Below, piece by piece: positions 31,804 through 42,294 of a stretch of DNA of 64,000 bases (the first letter of the stretch is position 1; every line of letters begins with the position of its first letter). Source of the stretch: Candidatus Sericytochromatia bacterium (lineage in GTDB: Bacteria > Cyanobacteriota > Sericytochromatia > S15B-MN24 > JAQBPE01). Position numbers and translations under genes: made by a program. The notes beneath the pieces were generated by a model. The model ran no database searches and was not told the origin of the DNA. It saw only the letters and a list, made by a program, of their open reading frames with translations. Location of the stretch: positions 112,821-176,820 of the forward strand of contig JBBAPZ010000004.1 in assembly GCA_040400605.1 (NCBI GenBank), written 5' to 3'.

Positions 31804-34209
31804 ATGTCCCGTTACGAACCCGCACTCATCGAACCCAAGTGGCAAGGTCATTGGGAGCTTTGCAACCAGTTTCGCACATTGAATGATCCGAGCAAGCCAA
31901 AGTATTACGTGCTTGACATGTTTCCGTATCCCTCCGGAGAGGGTTTGCACGTCGGGCACCCTGAAGGCTATACCGCGACGGATATCATGGCCCGGTACAA
32001 GCGGGCCCGGGGCTTTGATGTCTTGCATCCAATGGGATGGGATTCATTTGGTTTGCCCGCTGAGCAGTATGCCATGAAGACGGGACAAAGCCCTCGAGTC
32101 ATCACGGCTCGCAACATTGCTAATTTCAAGCGTCAGATCAAGATGCTGGGCCTCAGTTACGATTGGGATCGTGAACTGGCCACGTCGGATGAGCGTTATT
32201 ATCGCTGGACCCAATGGATTTTTCTGAAGCTGTATGAGGCTGGCCTCGCCTACGAGGCTGAGATGATGGTGAACTGGTGCCCGGCCTTGGGGACGGTGTT
32301 GGCGAATGAGGAAATCGTGGATGGCGTCAGTGAGCGTGGGGGGCACCCAGTGGTGCGGAAGCCCATGCGTCAGTGGGTTTTGCGGATTACGGCCTATGCC
32401 GAGCGTTTGCTTGCGGGGCTTGATGATTTGGACTGGCCTGAGAACATCAAGGAAATGCAGCGCAATTGGATTGGCCGTTCGGAGGGTACCGAGATTCGGT
32501 TTGCGATTGAAGGCACGGATCAACACTTCACGGTGTTTACGACACGCCCTGACACAGTGTTTGGCGCAACCTACTGTGTCTTGGCTCCGGAGCATCCGGC
32601 AGTCACACGCATCGTGACACCGGAATGCGCAGCGGAAGTGTCGGCGTATCAGGGACGAACGGCGACCAAGAGTGAACTTGAACGCACGGAACTCGCACGC
32701 GAGAAGACGGGGGCTTTCACGGGTGCCTATGCCGTCAATCCGGTTAACGGGGAACGTATACCCGTCTGGATCGCCGATTATGTGCTGGGGCATTATGGGA
32801 CCGGGGCGGTGATGGCGGTGCCTGCGCATGACCAGCGGGATTGGGAGTTTGCGCGTGCCATGGGCTTGCCGCTCAAGGTGGTGCTTGTTGGCCGGGACCC
32901 AACTTCGGCGGCTTTCAGCGGCGATGGCCCTCATGTTCACTCAGGCTTTATGGATGGCCTGAACATCGCTCAGGCAACGGAACGCATCAATGCCTGGCTG
33001 AGCGAAAATGGTTGTGGCGGGGTCAAGGTCAGTTATCGCCTGCGGGACTGGTTGTTTTCGCGCCAGCGGTATTGGGGCGAACCCATCCCCGTGTTGCACA
33101 TGCAAGACGGCACGCTACGCGCATTGGATGAGTCGGAGTTGCCACTCACCCTGCCGCATTTGGTTGTCATTGCACCGACCGGTACTGGCGAGTCTCCGCT
33201 TGCGCAGGCCGAGGACTGGTTGACGGTTGAACGTGACGGGCAGGGCGCGCGACGTGAAACCAACACGATGCCGCAGTGGGCAGGTAGTTGCTGGTATTAT
33301 CTGCGGTTCATTGATCCACTGAATGACAAGGTCTTTGCTGACCCTGACCAGTTAAAACGTTGGTTGCCGGTCGATCTCTACATTGGCGGTGCGGAACATG
33401 CGGTCATGCATCTGCTTTACGCCCGATTTTGGCATATGGTGCTGTTTGACCTGGGTTATGTCCCGACGCCAGAACCGTTTCAGAAATTGTTCAATCAAGG
33501 GATGATCTTGGGCGAAAACAACGAAAAAATGAGCAAGTCACGCGGGAATGTGGTGAACCCCGACGATATCGTCAAGACCTATGGCGCAGACACCTTGCGC
33601 CTATACGAAATGTTCATGGGCCCATTGGAGGCGACCAAGCCTTGGAGCAATACGGGAGTGGAGGGTTTGTACCGCTTTTTGCAGCGGATCTGGCGACTGG
33701 TGGTGACCGAGCGTGACGGGATTAATCCCGCCATCGTTGAAGCTGACAATGTGGGTTTTACACGGGTGCTGCACCAGACGATCAAAAAGGTTACCCACGA
33801 TATCGAAAACCTGCGCTTCAACACGGCGATCGCGCAGTTGATGATTTGTATCAACGAAGCGTACAAAACGGAGACCCTACCCTTGAGCGGCGTGCTGCAA
33901 TTTGTACAGTTGCTTGCACCATTTGCGCCTCATCTGGCTGAAGAATTGTGGGAACGCCTGGGACGTCGGGATCCCCTCACTTATGCACTGTGGCCCGATT
34001 GGGATGAGGAATTGCTGGTTGCGCGCGACGTGGAGTTCGCCCTCCAGATCAATGGCAAGATCAAGGGTAAGCTCGTCGTCGCCACCAATACGCCTGAAGA
34101 GCACATACTTGCCGAAGCACGATCGGCTTTGGCGGACCAATTGCTGGATAAAACCGTGATGAAAGCGATTGTGGTCCCCAATCGCCTCGTGAATTTCGTG
34201 GTGAAGTAA
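31804..34209 (+). CDS. leuS: Leucine--tRNA ligase
   Basis: MFPYPSG, HVGH, FTTRPDT and KMSKS. Confidence 0.97.
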   Translation: MSRYEPALIEPKWQGHWELCNQFRTLNDPSKPKYYVLDMFPYPSGEGLHVGHPEGYTATDIMARYKRARGFDVLHPMGWDSFGLPAEQYAMKTGQSPRVITARNIANFKRQIKMLGLSYDWDRELATSDERYYRWTQWIFLKLYEAGLAYEAEMMVNWCPALGTVLANEEIVDGVSERGGHPVVRKPMRQWVLRITAYAERLLAGLDDLDWPENIKEMQRNWIGRSEGTEIRFAIEGTDQHFTVFTTRPDTVFGATYCVLAPEHPAVTRIVTPECAAEVSAYQGRTATKSELERTELAREKTGAFTGAYAVNPVNGERIPVWIADYVLGHYGTGAVMAVPAHDQRDWEFARAMGLPLKVVLVGRDPTSAAFSGDGPHVHSGFMDGLNIAQATERINAWLSENGCGGVKVSYRLRDWLFSRQRYWGEPIPVLHMQDGTLRALDESELPLTLPHLVVIAPTGTGESPLAQAEDWLTVERDGQGARRETNTMPQWAGSCWYYLRFIDPLNDKVFADPDQLKRWLPVDLYIGGAEHAVMHLLYARFWHMVLFDLGYVPTPEPFQKLFNQGMILGENNEKMSKSRGNVVNPDDIVKTYGADTLRLYEMFMGPLEATKPWSNTGVEGLYRFLQRIWRLVVTERDGINPAIVEADNVGFTRVLHQTIKKVTHDIENLRFNTAIAQLMICINEAYKTETLPLSGVLQFVQLLAPFAPHLAEELWERLGRRDPLTYALWPDWDEELLVARDVEFALQINGKIKGKLVVATNTPEEHILAEARSALADQLLDKTVMKAIVVPNRLVNFVVK

Positions 34210-34387
34210 GCACCTGGGTTTCAACAGCGACGGCCATTTCGACAACCGATACAGACTGATAGCCGTACTCGGGTTCGTGTTAATAGGATGCGACTAAAAA
34301 GTTAATTAAGTTTTAACGAAAGGGGTCAGCCTCATGCTTCGATATCTGGTTCAGATTCACAAAACCACCATCTGAAGGAGATAAATA

Positions 34388-35326
34388 ATGCCGACCATCA
34401 GCCGTAATCGGAATCGAATTTTGGCGGCGCTTTTGCTCGGGGTTCAGTTGGTTGCAGGGTGCGGTCAGCTTCCACTGACAGGTATGGAACGTGGCTCATC
34501 GGCAGCAAAGATGACCGAACGCAACACTTTGATGGCTGATGTGCGTGGAGTGCTTGAATAACTCGAGGGCGAACCCGTCAATGGCTTGTTGTCGACCCTT
34601 GGTTTTTATGTGGATGCGCTTGGATCGGATGCAACGCCAGGTTCAGCGCTTGGTCGTCGCGTGGCGGACGACGTGGTGGCAACAATTCATTCGGAACCTG
34701 GTGAGCGTGATGCCGTTTATGGTTTGCAAAATGTGGCTGTCAAGGCACCTCTGTTGGCGCGACAGTTGCTGGTGCAGGCTCAAACCTTGAGTCATCTTTA
34801 TTTCTTGCTTTGGGACCAAAACAAGGATCAAAAACTTGTTTTATCGGAACTTCCCAAAGAGTTCTCCTTCCGAGGATGGGACAAAGACAAAAGTGGCGCC
34901 ATCGATAAGGCTGAACTCAAAGCCTTCATGACGCGAGCAACCGCTGAATCACGGCGAAAGCAGCTTGAGGACGGCATGAAACGGGCGGAGCGAATCATGG
35001 CTGCAGCCGACACCAACAAGAACGGGTTTTTGTCCTTGAAAGAGTATGAGGCCAATTACAGCGCTGCGTTTATCCCAGTCATCAGTGAAGCGCTTCAAAT
35101 GAAGCCGTCATTCAATGCCAAGGATCCTGAGTCAGTGAAACAAATCCGCAAAACCTTTGCACAGTTTGCCATTAAGAATGGTACGGCACTGACCCAGGAA
35201 GGTGCTGCACAGGTGGTTGAGTATACCTCGTTTAACTTCCAAGTGTTCTTCATTGGACTTGCGGTTACTCTCTCGCAGGCAACGCCCCCTGCGCCGTCTG
35301 CTGGACCCGCTAAGCCGAAGCCCTGA
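34388..35326 (+). pseudogene. EF-hand lipoprotein interrupted by in-frame TAA (34559-34561)
   Basis: AAGGAG RBS, ATG 34388, signal peptide ending VAG-C; same frame as the 34586..35326 ORF with three EF-hand-like loops. Confidence 0.8.
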
Positions 35327-35345
35327 CGGAGATTAGGCATTGTTG

Positions 35346-35380
35346 CTCCCCCGACCACGGTGGTTGGGGGAGTTTTTTTT
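35346..35380 (+). terminator. Rho-independent terminator
   Basis: CTCCCCCGACCA-CGG-TGGTTGGGGGAG followed by T8. Confidence 0.88.
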
Positions 35381-35453
35381 GACGGGACGTGTCCTGTGTC
35401 TTGGTCTGGTTGGCGTTGTCCGAGCCGGTGACTTGACGGCTCTCCTGATGTCT

Positions 35454-35588
35454 CATCCGTCAGTTTTTCTGATTGTTTGCTAATTGTCAGTAACATTCTG
35501 CGGCGGGTAGCGGCATGGTTTGGTTTATTTTTCGTCACGGTGTTGTCGCAGCACGCTGGTTTGATCAGCGAAATTGATGGTTCCCAAT
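35454..35588 (+). repeat. Dispersed intergenic repeat, module C
   Basis: 34/40 ungapped identity between 35514-35553 and 41177-41216; colinear flanks (GATCA.CGAAATTGATGG). Confidence 0.8.
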
Positions 35589-35687
35589 GATGTCGTTGAC
35601 GATTATCGTTTGGGTCGCTTGGGTATCTTATTGTTACGGGTGTGTGGGCTCATCGCGTCGTCGCGCCGATATTCAAGGGTATAGTGG

Positions 35688-37481
35688 ATGCTGCATCAAC
35701 GACGATATCGGACATTTTGGTTGACGCTGCTCAGTGTGGGCAGCCTTTGCGCGTGCCGTGTTTCGGTACCCACCCCGGTGCTCCGCCCAGCAGCTGCGCC
35801 TAAAACTGCCACTTTGCCAAGCACAGCGCCAAGTCTGAGGGAATCCTCGGACCCGAACGCAGTGCTCTCGCCGGAGTGGCCAACAAACCCTGGTGTCCAG
35901 CCTTCGGCGTTGGCAAGTCCGGAATCAGATGCAACGGTAAGGCAGGCGAGTGCCGTTATACCGACTCAAGCATCGGTGGCGTTGGCTGGTCGCATTCGAC
36001 TTCGTGCGGATGCGTTGCTGCGGAATGGTGGTGTTGCCGTCTTGAGCGGCGAAAAAGGTCCAGTCGTCAGTGGTCTTGAGATCACGTCGCTTGCTTTGAT
36101 CAGCAACAATGGTGGCGGCGTGGTCAGTAATAATGGCGGGGGTTTGATCAGTAACAATGGCGGGGGGTTGGCGGTTTTCCAAAGAGATGGTGCGACGCTG
36201 ATTGGTGCGGGAGGGGTAGGGCTCCGTGGTGCTGCAGCGCTTCAAACAGCGTCTGCCAGCCGATATGCGGTGATGGCACTTGGCAACGCTTGGGGCTTGC
36301 TGACTGCCAGTGCAAAGCCGAGTGATTCTCAGTCTGAGGCCACACCGCCTTCGAACGAGGAACTTACTGCGATTGGCATGAGTGTGCAGATCATTGATCT
36401 TGATACGGGTGCCCCGATACAGATGGTTGATAACTCGGGGCGTCTGGGTGACACGGTGTTGTCTGATTTTGAGGGGCGCTTCACGGTGATGGTGCCGGAA
36501 AAATTGCAAAACAACGTCATGATCCGTGTGAACGTGCCGGGGCATCTTGCAAACCCGCGGGCACGCTTCGGCATGCTCACGATTCCTGCTGCCAGTGATC
36601 AAACCGTACTGGACGAGGCATTCGCTGCCTACACCACGCAGTGTCGTTTGTTGGGTGTCAGTCGTGTGGCCAATGGCCTGCTGGATTTGAGAGACGCCGA
36701 TGGTGTTATCACTGCGAATCCAAGCTTTGTTAAAACCTTCAATCAGACGGCGCGCGATGCGGGCATCACCCAGTGGTCCCGGTCTGATCGTCAGTTGCTG
36801 GCACAACGGGTGGCCGACAGCGTTTTGGCTCGGGTGGGAAATTTGTCCCGCATACCGGTGTATCAGGGACTCGAACAAAGCCAGGTGATGCTGGCATTTT
36901 TGGCAGGGACCAATCCGCCTGATACCGGCGAGATGGCTGGACCGATTTGGGAGCAATTCATCCGTCGCGTGGCCCAAGCCACCGATGAACGCACAAAAGG
37001 TGGTGAAGACCTGTCAAAAAATCCGGTTATCCGACGCGTGAATGATTATCTCGCTAACCGGCGCGCAAACCTGCCCACTTACCCCGCTTGGGCGCCGGAA
37101 GAAGGTTTCGAGTTTCAAAAAGGCACGGATGTCACGTATTTTGTTTTTCAGGCGGTGTTTGCCGCCCGTTTGTCGGAGATTGCCGAGATTTCGAATGATG
37201 CAGATTTTAAGGCTGCCTTGACTGCTGCTGGTGTTCCCCAGGTACAGGTGATGCGTGATAGCCGTCGTTCGTTATTTATTAAATTGGGCATCACGCTGGG
37301 GTTATCGGAAGCGGAATCGGGTGCTGAGTATGATCGGGCGATGGCGGCCTTCCGGTCAATCGGCGCGGTTTTTCAACGCGAATACGTTCGTGACGAGCAG
37401 CGCTATCTGGATATTTTGAAGGATGCGGCAACACCCGAGGGCTTTGCGCGCTTGAAAGCGATGAACAGCGCGCGCCTTTAG
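35688..37481 (+). CDS. Large hypothetical lipoprotein with Pro/Ser/Ala linker and (L/V)(I/V)SNNGGG repeats
   Basis: Basic N-terminus, hydrophobic segment and LCAC; 597-aa ORF. Confidence 0.8.
   Translation: MLHQRRYRTFWLTLLSVGSLCACRVSVPTPVLRPAAAPKTATLPSTAPSLRESSDPNAVLSPEWPTNPGVQPSALASPESDATVRQASAVIPTQASVALAGRIRLRADALLRNGGVAVLSGEKGPVVSGLEITSLALISNNGGGVVSNNGGGLISNNGGGLAVFQRDGATLIGAGGVGLRGAAALQTASASRYAVMALGNAWGLLTASAKPSDSQSEATPPSNEELTAIGMSVQIIDLDTGAPIQMVDNSGRLGDTVLSDFEGRFTVMVPEKLQNNVMIRVNVPGHLANPRARFGMLTIPAASDQTVLDEAFAAYTTQCRLLGVSRVANGLLDLRDADGVITANPSFVKTFNQTARDAGITQWSRSDRQLLAQRVADSVLARVGNLSRIPVYQGLEQSQVMLAFLAGTNPPDTGEMAGPIWEQFIRRVAQATDERTKGGEDLSKNPVIRRVNDYLANRRANLPTYPAWAPEEGFEFQKGTDVTYFVFQAVFAARLSEIAEISNDADFKAALTAAGVPQVQVMRDSRRSLFIKLGITLGLSEAESGAEYDRAMAAFRSIGAVFQREYVRDEQRYLDILKDAATPEGFARLKAMNSARL
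36096..36167 (+). repeat. 3 x 24-bp coding tandem repeat
   Basis: LISNNGGG-VVSNNGGG-LISNNGGG, with mostly synonymous differences. Confidence 0.9.
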
Positions 37482-37689
37482 CGCTTTGACATCATTCATT
37501 ATACGGGGCAGGTTGAGACTGGTGTTGACTTTGTTCAAAACCCCAGTTTTGCGAGCTGATAGCGGGGCGCTGATGCGGAGGAGAATCGGTTAACCGTTCA
37601 GAAATGGGTCCGAGGGGGCCATAACAAACTTGGTTGCATAGGATCAGGTGCCAGCCACGATGCCGGCCATTTTTCGGAGGATTATCACC

Positions 37690-38472
37690 GTGACGTACAT
37701 TAGCTCTTTTGGAAATCCTGCGCTGCAGCCCACTGTTTCTTCCGGACCACCCAAGAATTTGCGGAAGTCGCAGGCGTTGCAGATGGCGGGTGATCGTTTC
37801 GATTCAACGAAGCGCCATCAAGAAGCCGATGCACTTGAGGGCCGCATCATCAAGATTATTGGCAAGGCGCCCAATCCGACGATATCGTTTGTTATGCGTG
37901 CAGGTGAAGAACTGCAAGACCCATCCGCCCGCCTCGCTTGGTATCACGCGGTGTTGCTCGACCATGACTTACCTGCTTCGGACAATGATCCTACGGCAGC
38001 TCGAGTGATGATCGGACGGCTTGCATCGGAGTTTATGGATGCACCGGTCGGTGTGGCGCGATTGAATGATACGCGCGCGAGGCAGTTGGGCACGCGGGCG
38101 TTGGACGCAATCCACGATGACACGCGGGGTCTTGCGCACTTTGCCCGCGATCAAGCGCAACGTTTACGCAATCCAGCCGAAGCACGCAGCTTGATTCGCG
38201 ATACATTGTTACAGCTTCACGAGTTGCCGGATGATGCCAGCCCGATTGATGGGGCGATGCTGGCTGCGACGCTCGCGGTAAAGCGCATTGATGACACCAC
38301 GCGCAGTTTATCAGAGCAAGAACGGGCGGAACTGGGCTTGGCTGCCTTGCAACTTGTGGCCGAGACGTTCGAGGACCCTTATTTGATGAGTCAGTACAAA
38401 CTGGCCAAGAAAGAGCGTCTCGTGGAGGAGCGCCTGGCAATCGTCCACGAAGCTTTGATGGGTGCGCTATAG
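37690..38472 (+). CDS. Hypothetical, probably all-helical protein
   Basis: GGAGG RBS before GTG 37690; Ala/Leu/Arg/Asp-rich. Confidence 0.75.
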   Translation: MTYISSFGNPALQPTVSSGPPKNLRKSQALQMAGDRFDSTKRHQEADALEGRIIKIIGKAPNPTISFVMRAGEELQDPSARLAWYHAVLLDHDLPASDNDPTAARVMIGRLASEFMDAPVGVARLNDTRARQLGTRALDAIHDDTRGLAHFARDQAQRLRNPAEARSLIRDTLLQLHELPDDASPIDGAMLAATLAVKRIDDTTRSLSEQERAELGLAALQLVAETFEDPYLMSQYKLAKKERLVEERLAIVHEALMGAL

Positions 38473-38920
38473 GGTTCCGGTATAGCAAGTCCTGCACGAA
38501 CCGTCTGGTCGTGGTTTTGTGGGAGCTCGGGCAACAGCCACGTGTGCTGCGTTCGGGCCTCACAAATTTTTTTACGCAAACAAGATGGGCCGGTACAGTG
38601 CATGTGCAAGCGTGATAACTATTTTGGTAAACGACATCATTTGAGTGATGGCTTGGAGAGCGATCCGGTCATTACCTGTTGTTGCTTCGCACGTCATGCG
38701 TGCTTCGTGATCTGGCACTAAACAAGTGTTCGAATCGACCTGAACCAAGCGTTCTGCCAAAGCCATTGCGATGTGGTCCCTGGGATTCTTGGGTTAATGC
38801 GTCGACTGCCGGTTTTCCTTTTGGAACGTCATCTGAGTTCGTGCGTGCCACTGTTGTTTTGTGTAATACCCGCTATGATGGGAATTCGTACGTCTCACTC
38901 GGGGGAGGGGGCTTGTTGGC

Positions 38921-39313
38921 GTGCCAGCGCTGAATACAACATCCTTTAAATGGATTTTTCACGGCCTGAACGGGGTGGGTACCGCCTTGCATCTAGCTGG
39001 AATGATTTGGATGGCCAGGGATATGTGGGTGGCCCTGAATCCGATTGCAGTCTGGTTAGTGGCGCCGGCTCTGATCCTGGTCCTTTTAAGCAAGTGGACG
39101 TGGGGCCGATTATTCTTAAGCATTTTGATATGGGGCGCAACGACCGTTTGCTTAAGTGGCTTGTTTCTGGTGAGTCATTTATGGTTTGGACCAAGTGATC
39201 CACAAGATGGCCTCATCCTGCTCGTATTGCCTTTCTTGCAAGGTCTGGCGACTCTTGCAGGAGGGATTTGCATCTACCTGATGTCCTATCTGTTTACTCG
39301 GCTCAAATCGTGA
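38921..39313 (+). CDS. Small 4-TM membrane protein
   Basis: GGGAGG RBS; four hydrophobic segments. Confidence 0.7.
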   Translation: MPALNTTSFKWIFHGLNGVGTALHLAGMIWMARDMWVALNPIAVWLVAPALILVLLSKWTWGRLFLSILIWGATTVCLSGLFLVSHLWFGPSDPQDGLILLVLPFLQGLATLAGGICIYLMSYLFTRLKS

Positions 39314-39423
39314 TAGGTAAGCAACACGCTTCAGAACGGGTGTAGCAGTTACAATGCACGATACAGGCATTTTTTCGCGAGACACCCTGCTACCCGTCAA
39401 GGGGCGAGCGATACCGAAAAGCG

Positions 39424-39530
39424 TTGATAGGTGATCAAATTCTGGCTACTTTTGAATAACAGCGTGTGACGGCTTGATGTTTTTGCGTTTGCTACACGGA
39501 TTTTGAACGACAATTTATGCGCCACGGTAT
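39424..39530 (-). repeat. Dispersed intergenic repeat, module A (inverted)
   Basis: GGTGATCAA.TT.TGGCT..TGATGTTTT.G.GTTTGC.ACAC..TTTTGAA matches the reverse complement of the 63572 copy. Confidence 0.75.
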
Positions 39531-39839
39531 AGATTCGCTTGATCGGCGCTGTCTTGATCCGGTTTTTCGGCAAGTATCCGCGTTTCATGTTTGCAGCGCA
39601 CACCGAAAAGCCTTCAGCGCAACCCAGCTTGTCAGACTCAGACGGAAGACCAGACAAGCACCAGAAACCGTGTATGGTCCAGTTGCGGACTTGATTCACG
39701 GCATGAAATTGTTGGGATCCGCATGTGAGCGACGTGTATTAACCCGCACTCCGAAAACGTTGGTCAAAAGACAGTATCGAAGCCGTAAAATCGAATCTTA
39801 TGAACAATTTTTTTTCGGTTAAGGCCAGTGGGCTAAGTC

Positions 39840-39877
39840 TGACACCATTTTGACACAATAGATGGTTAAGCTTTAAT
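39840..39877 (+). promoter_or_regulatory. 11-bp-period direct repeat over a sigma70-like promoter
   Basis: TGACACCAT-TT-TGACACAAT; TTGACA (39850)-N16-TTTAAT. Confidence 0.55.
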
Positions 39878-39892
39878 GCGAGGGGTTTTAGG

Positions 39893-40570
39893 ATGCGGAC
39901 GGTGTTGTTGGTTGATGATGACGAGACTTTCGCGCGTTTACTCAAGGAGTTGTTGCGCAGTCACGGATTTAACATGATTTGGGCTGACCGGCCCTCGTCG
40001 GGGCGTGCCTTGCTGGCTTCCGGGCCTGACTTGCTGTTGTTGGATGTCATGTTGCCAGAACAGAGCGGGTTGGAGTTTTGTCAGGCGCTGCGTGCGGAGG
40101 GTCACGACTTGCCGATTGTGATGTTGACTGCCCGTGGCACGGATGTCGATCGGGTGACGGGTTTGAACCTTGGTGCTGATGACTACATGGCCAAGCCATT
40201 CAACCATTTGGAGTTGATCGCCCGGATGGAGGCCATTTTACGTCGTCGTACGGTGGGTCGCCTGGTGGTACACGATCCGATGGTTTCTGATGGTTTGGAT
40301 GCGGATCGGAGAATACTCTGCCTACGCGGCCGAGAGATTAATTTAACCCCCATGGAGTTTCGACTTATGGAATTATTCACCCGCCACCCGGGACGGACGT
40401 GGTCGCGTCGGGAATTGATTGCCTGGTGCGATGAGGTGGGTATCAGTGATAGTTTGGATCGGGCCATTGACTCGCACATTTCACGATTGCGCAACAAGCT
40501 GGAGCGTGATTCTAAAAACCCTGAACATCTGTTCACCATTCGTGGCGCAGGTTATCGTTTCGTTTGGTGA
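39893..40570 (+). CDS. OmpR/PhoB-family response regulator (orphan)
   Basis: VDDD, LLDVMLP, MLTA, KPF and a winged helix ending TIRGAGY. Confidence 0.95.
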   Translation: MRTVLLVDDDETFARLLKELLRSHGFNMIWADRPSSGRALLASGPDLLLLDVMLPEQSGLEFCQALRAEGHDLPIVMLTARGTDVDRVTGLNLGADDYMAKPFNHLELIARMEAILRRRTVGRLVVHDPMVSDGLDADRRILCLRGREINLTPMEFRLMELFTRHPGRTWSRRELIAWCDEVGISDSLDRAIDSHISRLRNKLERDSKNPEHLFTIRGAGYRFVW

Positions 40571-41011
40571 TGCGGGTATGAATGAGTCTTTTGGCAGCGT
40601 GTTGATCAACAGTGCGCACTTCAAGGGTTTATTCGCTGCTGGAGGGGTTGTTACCTGTTTCACACGTCATCAAGTCGACAAGTGCTGAATGAGTGGCTTG
40701 ATGCTTATTTGAGTGTGCATTGGCTGGAAGTCGAATGAAAGCACCGATGATGTCGTCAGCCTGGATGACCGGTGGCTCACGGGCATCCAGAGCGGGCGCG
40801 TGTTTGTGGTACGCAAATGATGGCTGTAGATGCCTTGAAGCGTCAATACACGCGAGCTGTTGGCGATAACTTGAAGGGTCAATTGCCCACGTCGATGCGA
40901 TGGGTCGGGCGTAGGTATAAGACTCCGCGATGGCTTGATTAGACGGCATCCAGGGTAACAGTCGTGCCGCACGCCCGATTTTAGAGAGCGTGCGTTGCCT
41001 TGCTCCAGCGA

Positions 41012-41250
41012 TACAGCGACGCATCGATGTCTGTTCAAAACTTGAGTGGCAAACTCAAAAAATTAGGCCCGGACTCGCTGTTATTGAACACCAATCAATG
41101 AACTTGAACGATAATCCATCCATCAAGTTCATTGATTATTTGTTCACTGTTTGCAACATTCGACGGTCGGTATCACCATGACTTGGTTTCTTTTGCGTCA
41201 CGATGCTGTCGCAGCAAATCAGGACGATCACCGAAATTGATGGCTTCAAT
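41012..41250 (+). repeat. Dispersed intergenic repeat, modules A+C joined
   Basis: 32/36 identity between 41034-41069 and 63593-63628; 41117-41250 matches 35454-35588. Confidence 0.8.
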
Positions 41251-41305
41251 CGACAATCAACGCGTTTCTATATAGCTACCCGCGGGTCAGAGTCGAAGCG
41301 CCCAG

Positions 41306-41339
41306 CGCCACGAAACACTGCGCGTGGTGTTTCGTGGCG
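41306..41339 (-). terminator. 13-bp stem-loop after the ABC operon
   Basis: CGCCACGAAACAC-N8-GTGTTTCGTGGCG. Confidence 0.7.
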
Positions 41340-41360
41340 TGGCTCAGGTTGGAAGCGTGC

Positions 41361-42293
41361 TCAGGGATTAAACTGATCGACGTTTTCACGGGTAACAGTG
41401 ATGACGCCTGTATCGATAACAGGCGGCAGTTTTTCACCTTTGAGGGCCTTATTCAGGCACTCGACTCCTAATTCGCCCATTTTTTCGGGTTGCTGGGCAA
41501 TCAAGACCTGCACGACACCCGCTTTCAATTGCTTGACCAAAGTGGGGGTGACATCAAACGAAACAAGCTTGATCACGCCTGTTTTTTTGGTGGCACCTAG
41601 CGCCTGCGCAACACTCGGGCCCCCAATCGCGGTTGTGCTGAAAAAAGCCGCAACGTCGGGATTGGCTGTGATGGTGTTTTCCGCAATGGCCATTGCCTTA
41701 TCCTTGTTGCCGTTGTCAGGCTGCGTGTTCAACAAGGTCAATTGACTTCCTACTGCCTTGCGAAAACCTGCTTCTCGCTCCATCAGGTTCTGCGCGCCAA
41801 TCACGCCCGTGATGGTGGCCACCTTGGCATTCTTTTGCCCATCCAAGAGTTTAAGCATTTCTTGGCCCGCCACCTCACCGGCCGCAGCGTTGTCAGTGCC
41901 GATATAGCAGAGCCGATCCTTCGCTGCGGTATCCGAATCAATCGTCACCACCTTGATTCCGGCATCCACTGCTTTCTTGACTGCCGGTGACAGCGCTTTG
42001 GAATCGGAAGGCGAGATGGCAATACCTGCAACCTTTCGTTGGATGAGGCTTTCGACAAGATCAATTTGCCCCGCGATATCCACCTCCGTGGGTTGCCCCA
42101 GATACAATAACTTGAGTTTGAGTTCATCTGATTTCCGCTGAGCACCACGTTTGACCGCCAACCAATACTCCCCACCAGCGGCTTTGCCAACGACTGCGAT
42201 CGTCGTGCGTCTTTCGTCCGGTTTACAAGCTACAAGGCTACCAATCAGACCTAGCCCCACCAAGGTGCAGATGCTGCGTTGCAGATGTATCAC
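41361..42293 (-). CDS. Sugar ABC transporter binding lipoprotein (RbsB-like)
   Basis: Lipobox LVAC, VVTIDS, YIGTDN, SFD and QQP; GGAGG RBS. Confidence 0.88.
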   Translation of the reverse strand: MIHLQRSICTLVGLGLIGSLVACKPDERRTTIAVVGKAAGGEYWLAVKRGAQRKSDELKLKLLYLGQPTEVDIAGQIDLVESLIQRKVAGIAISPSDSKALSPAVKKAVDAGIKVVTIDSDTAAKDRLCYIGTDNAAAGEVAGQEMLKLLDGQKNAKVATITGVIGAQNLMEREAGFRKAVGSQLTLLNTQPDNGNKDKAMAIAENTITANPDVAAFFSTTAIGGPSVAQALGATKKTGVIKLVSFDVTPTLVKQLKAGVVQVLIAQQPEKMGELGVECLNKALKGEKLPPVIDTGVITVTRENVDQFNP

Positions 42294-42294
42294 G

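Noticed and set aside
32044..32940. 298-aa minus-strand ORF
   Set aside because: Antisense shadow of leuS.
35925..36977. 350-aa minus-strand ORF
   Set aside because: Antisense to the lipoprotein; its repeats simply mirror the coding repeat.
38672..40670. TTACCTGTT...CACGTCAT shared by about 38672 and about 40651
   Set aside because: Too short and gapped to call a repeat without statistics.
40571..41011. Decayed histidine kinase after the response regulator
   Set aside because: No H-box or ATPase-domain remnants in the listed ORFs or by-eye reading.
40990..41181. Short ORF sharing WQTQ.IRP with ORF 63555..63860
   Set aside because: The similarity comes from repeat module A; other copies carry indels and there is no RBS, so this is not a protein family.
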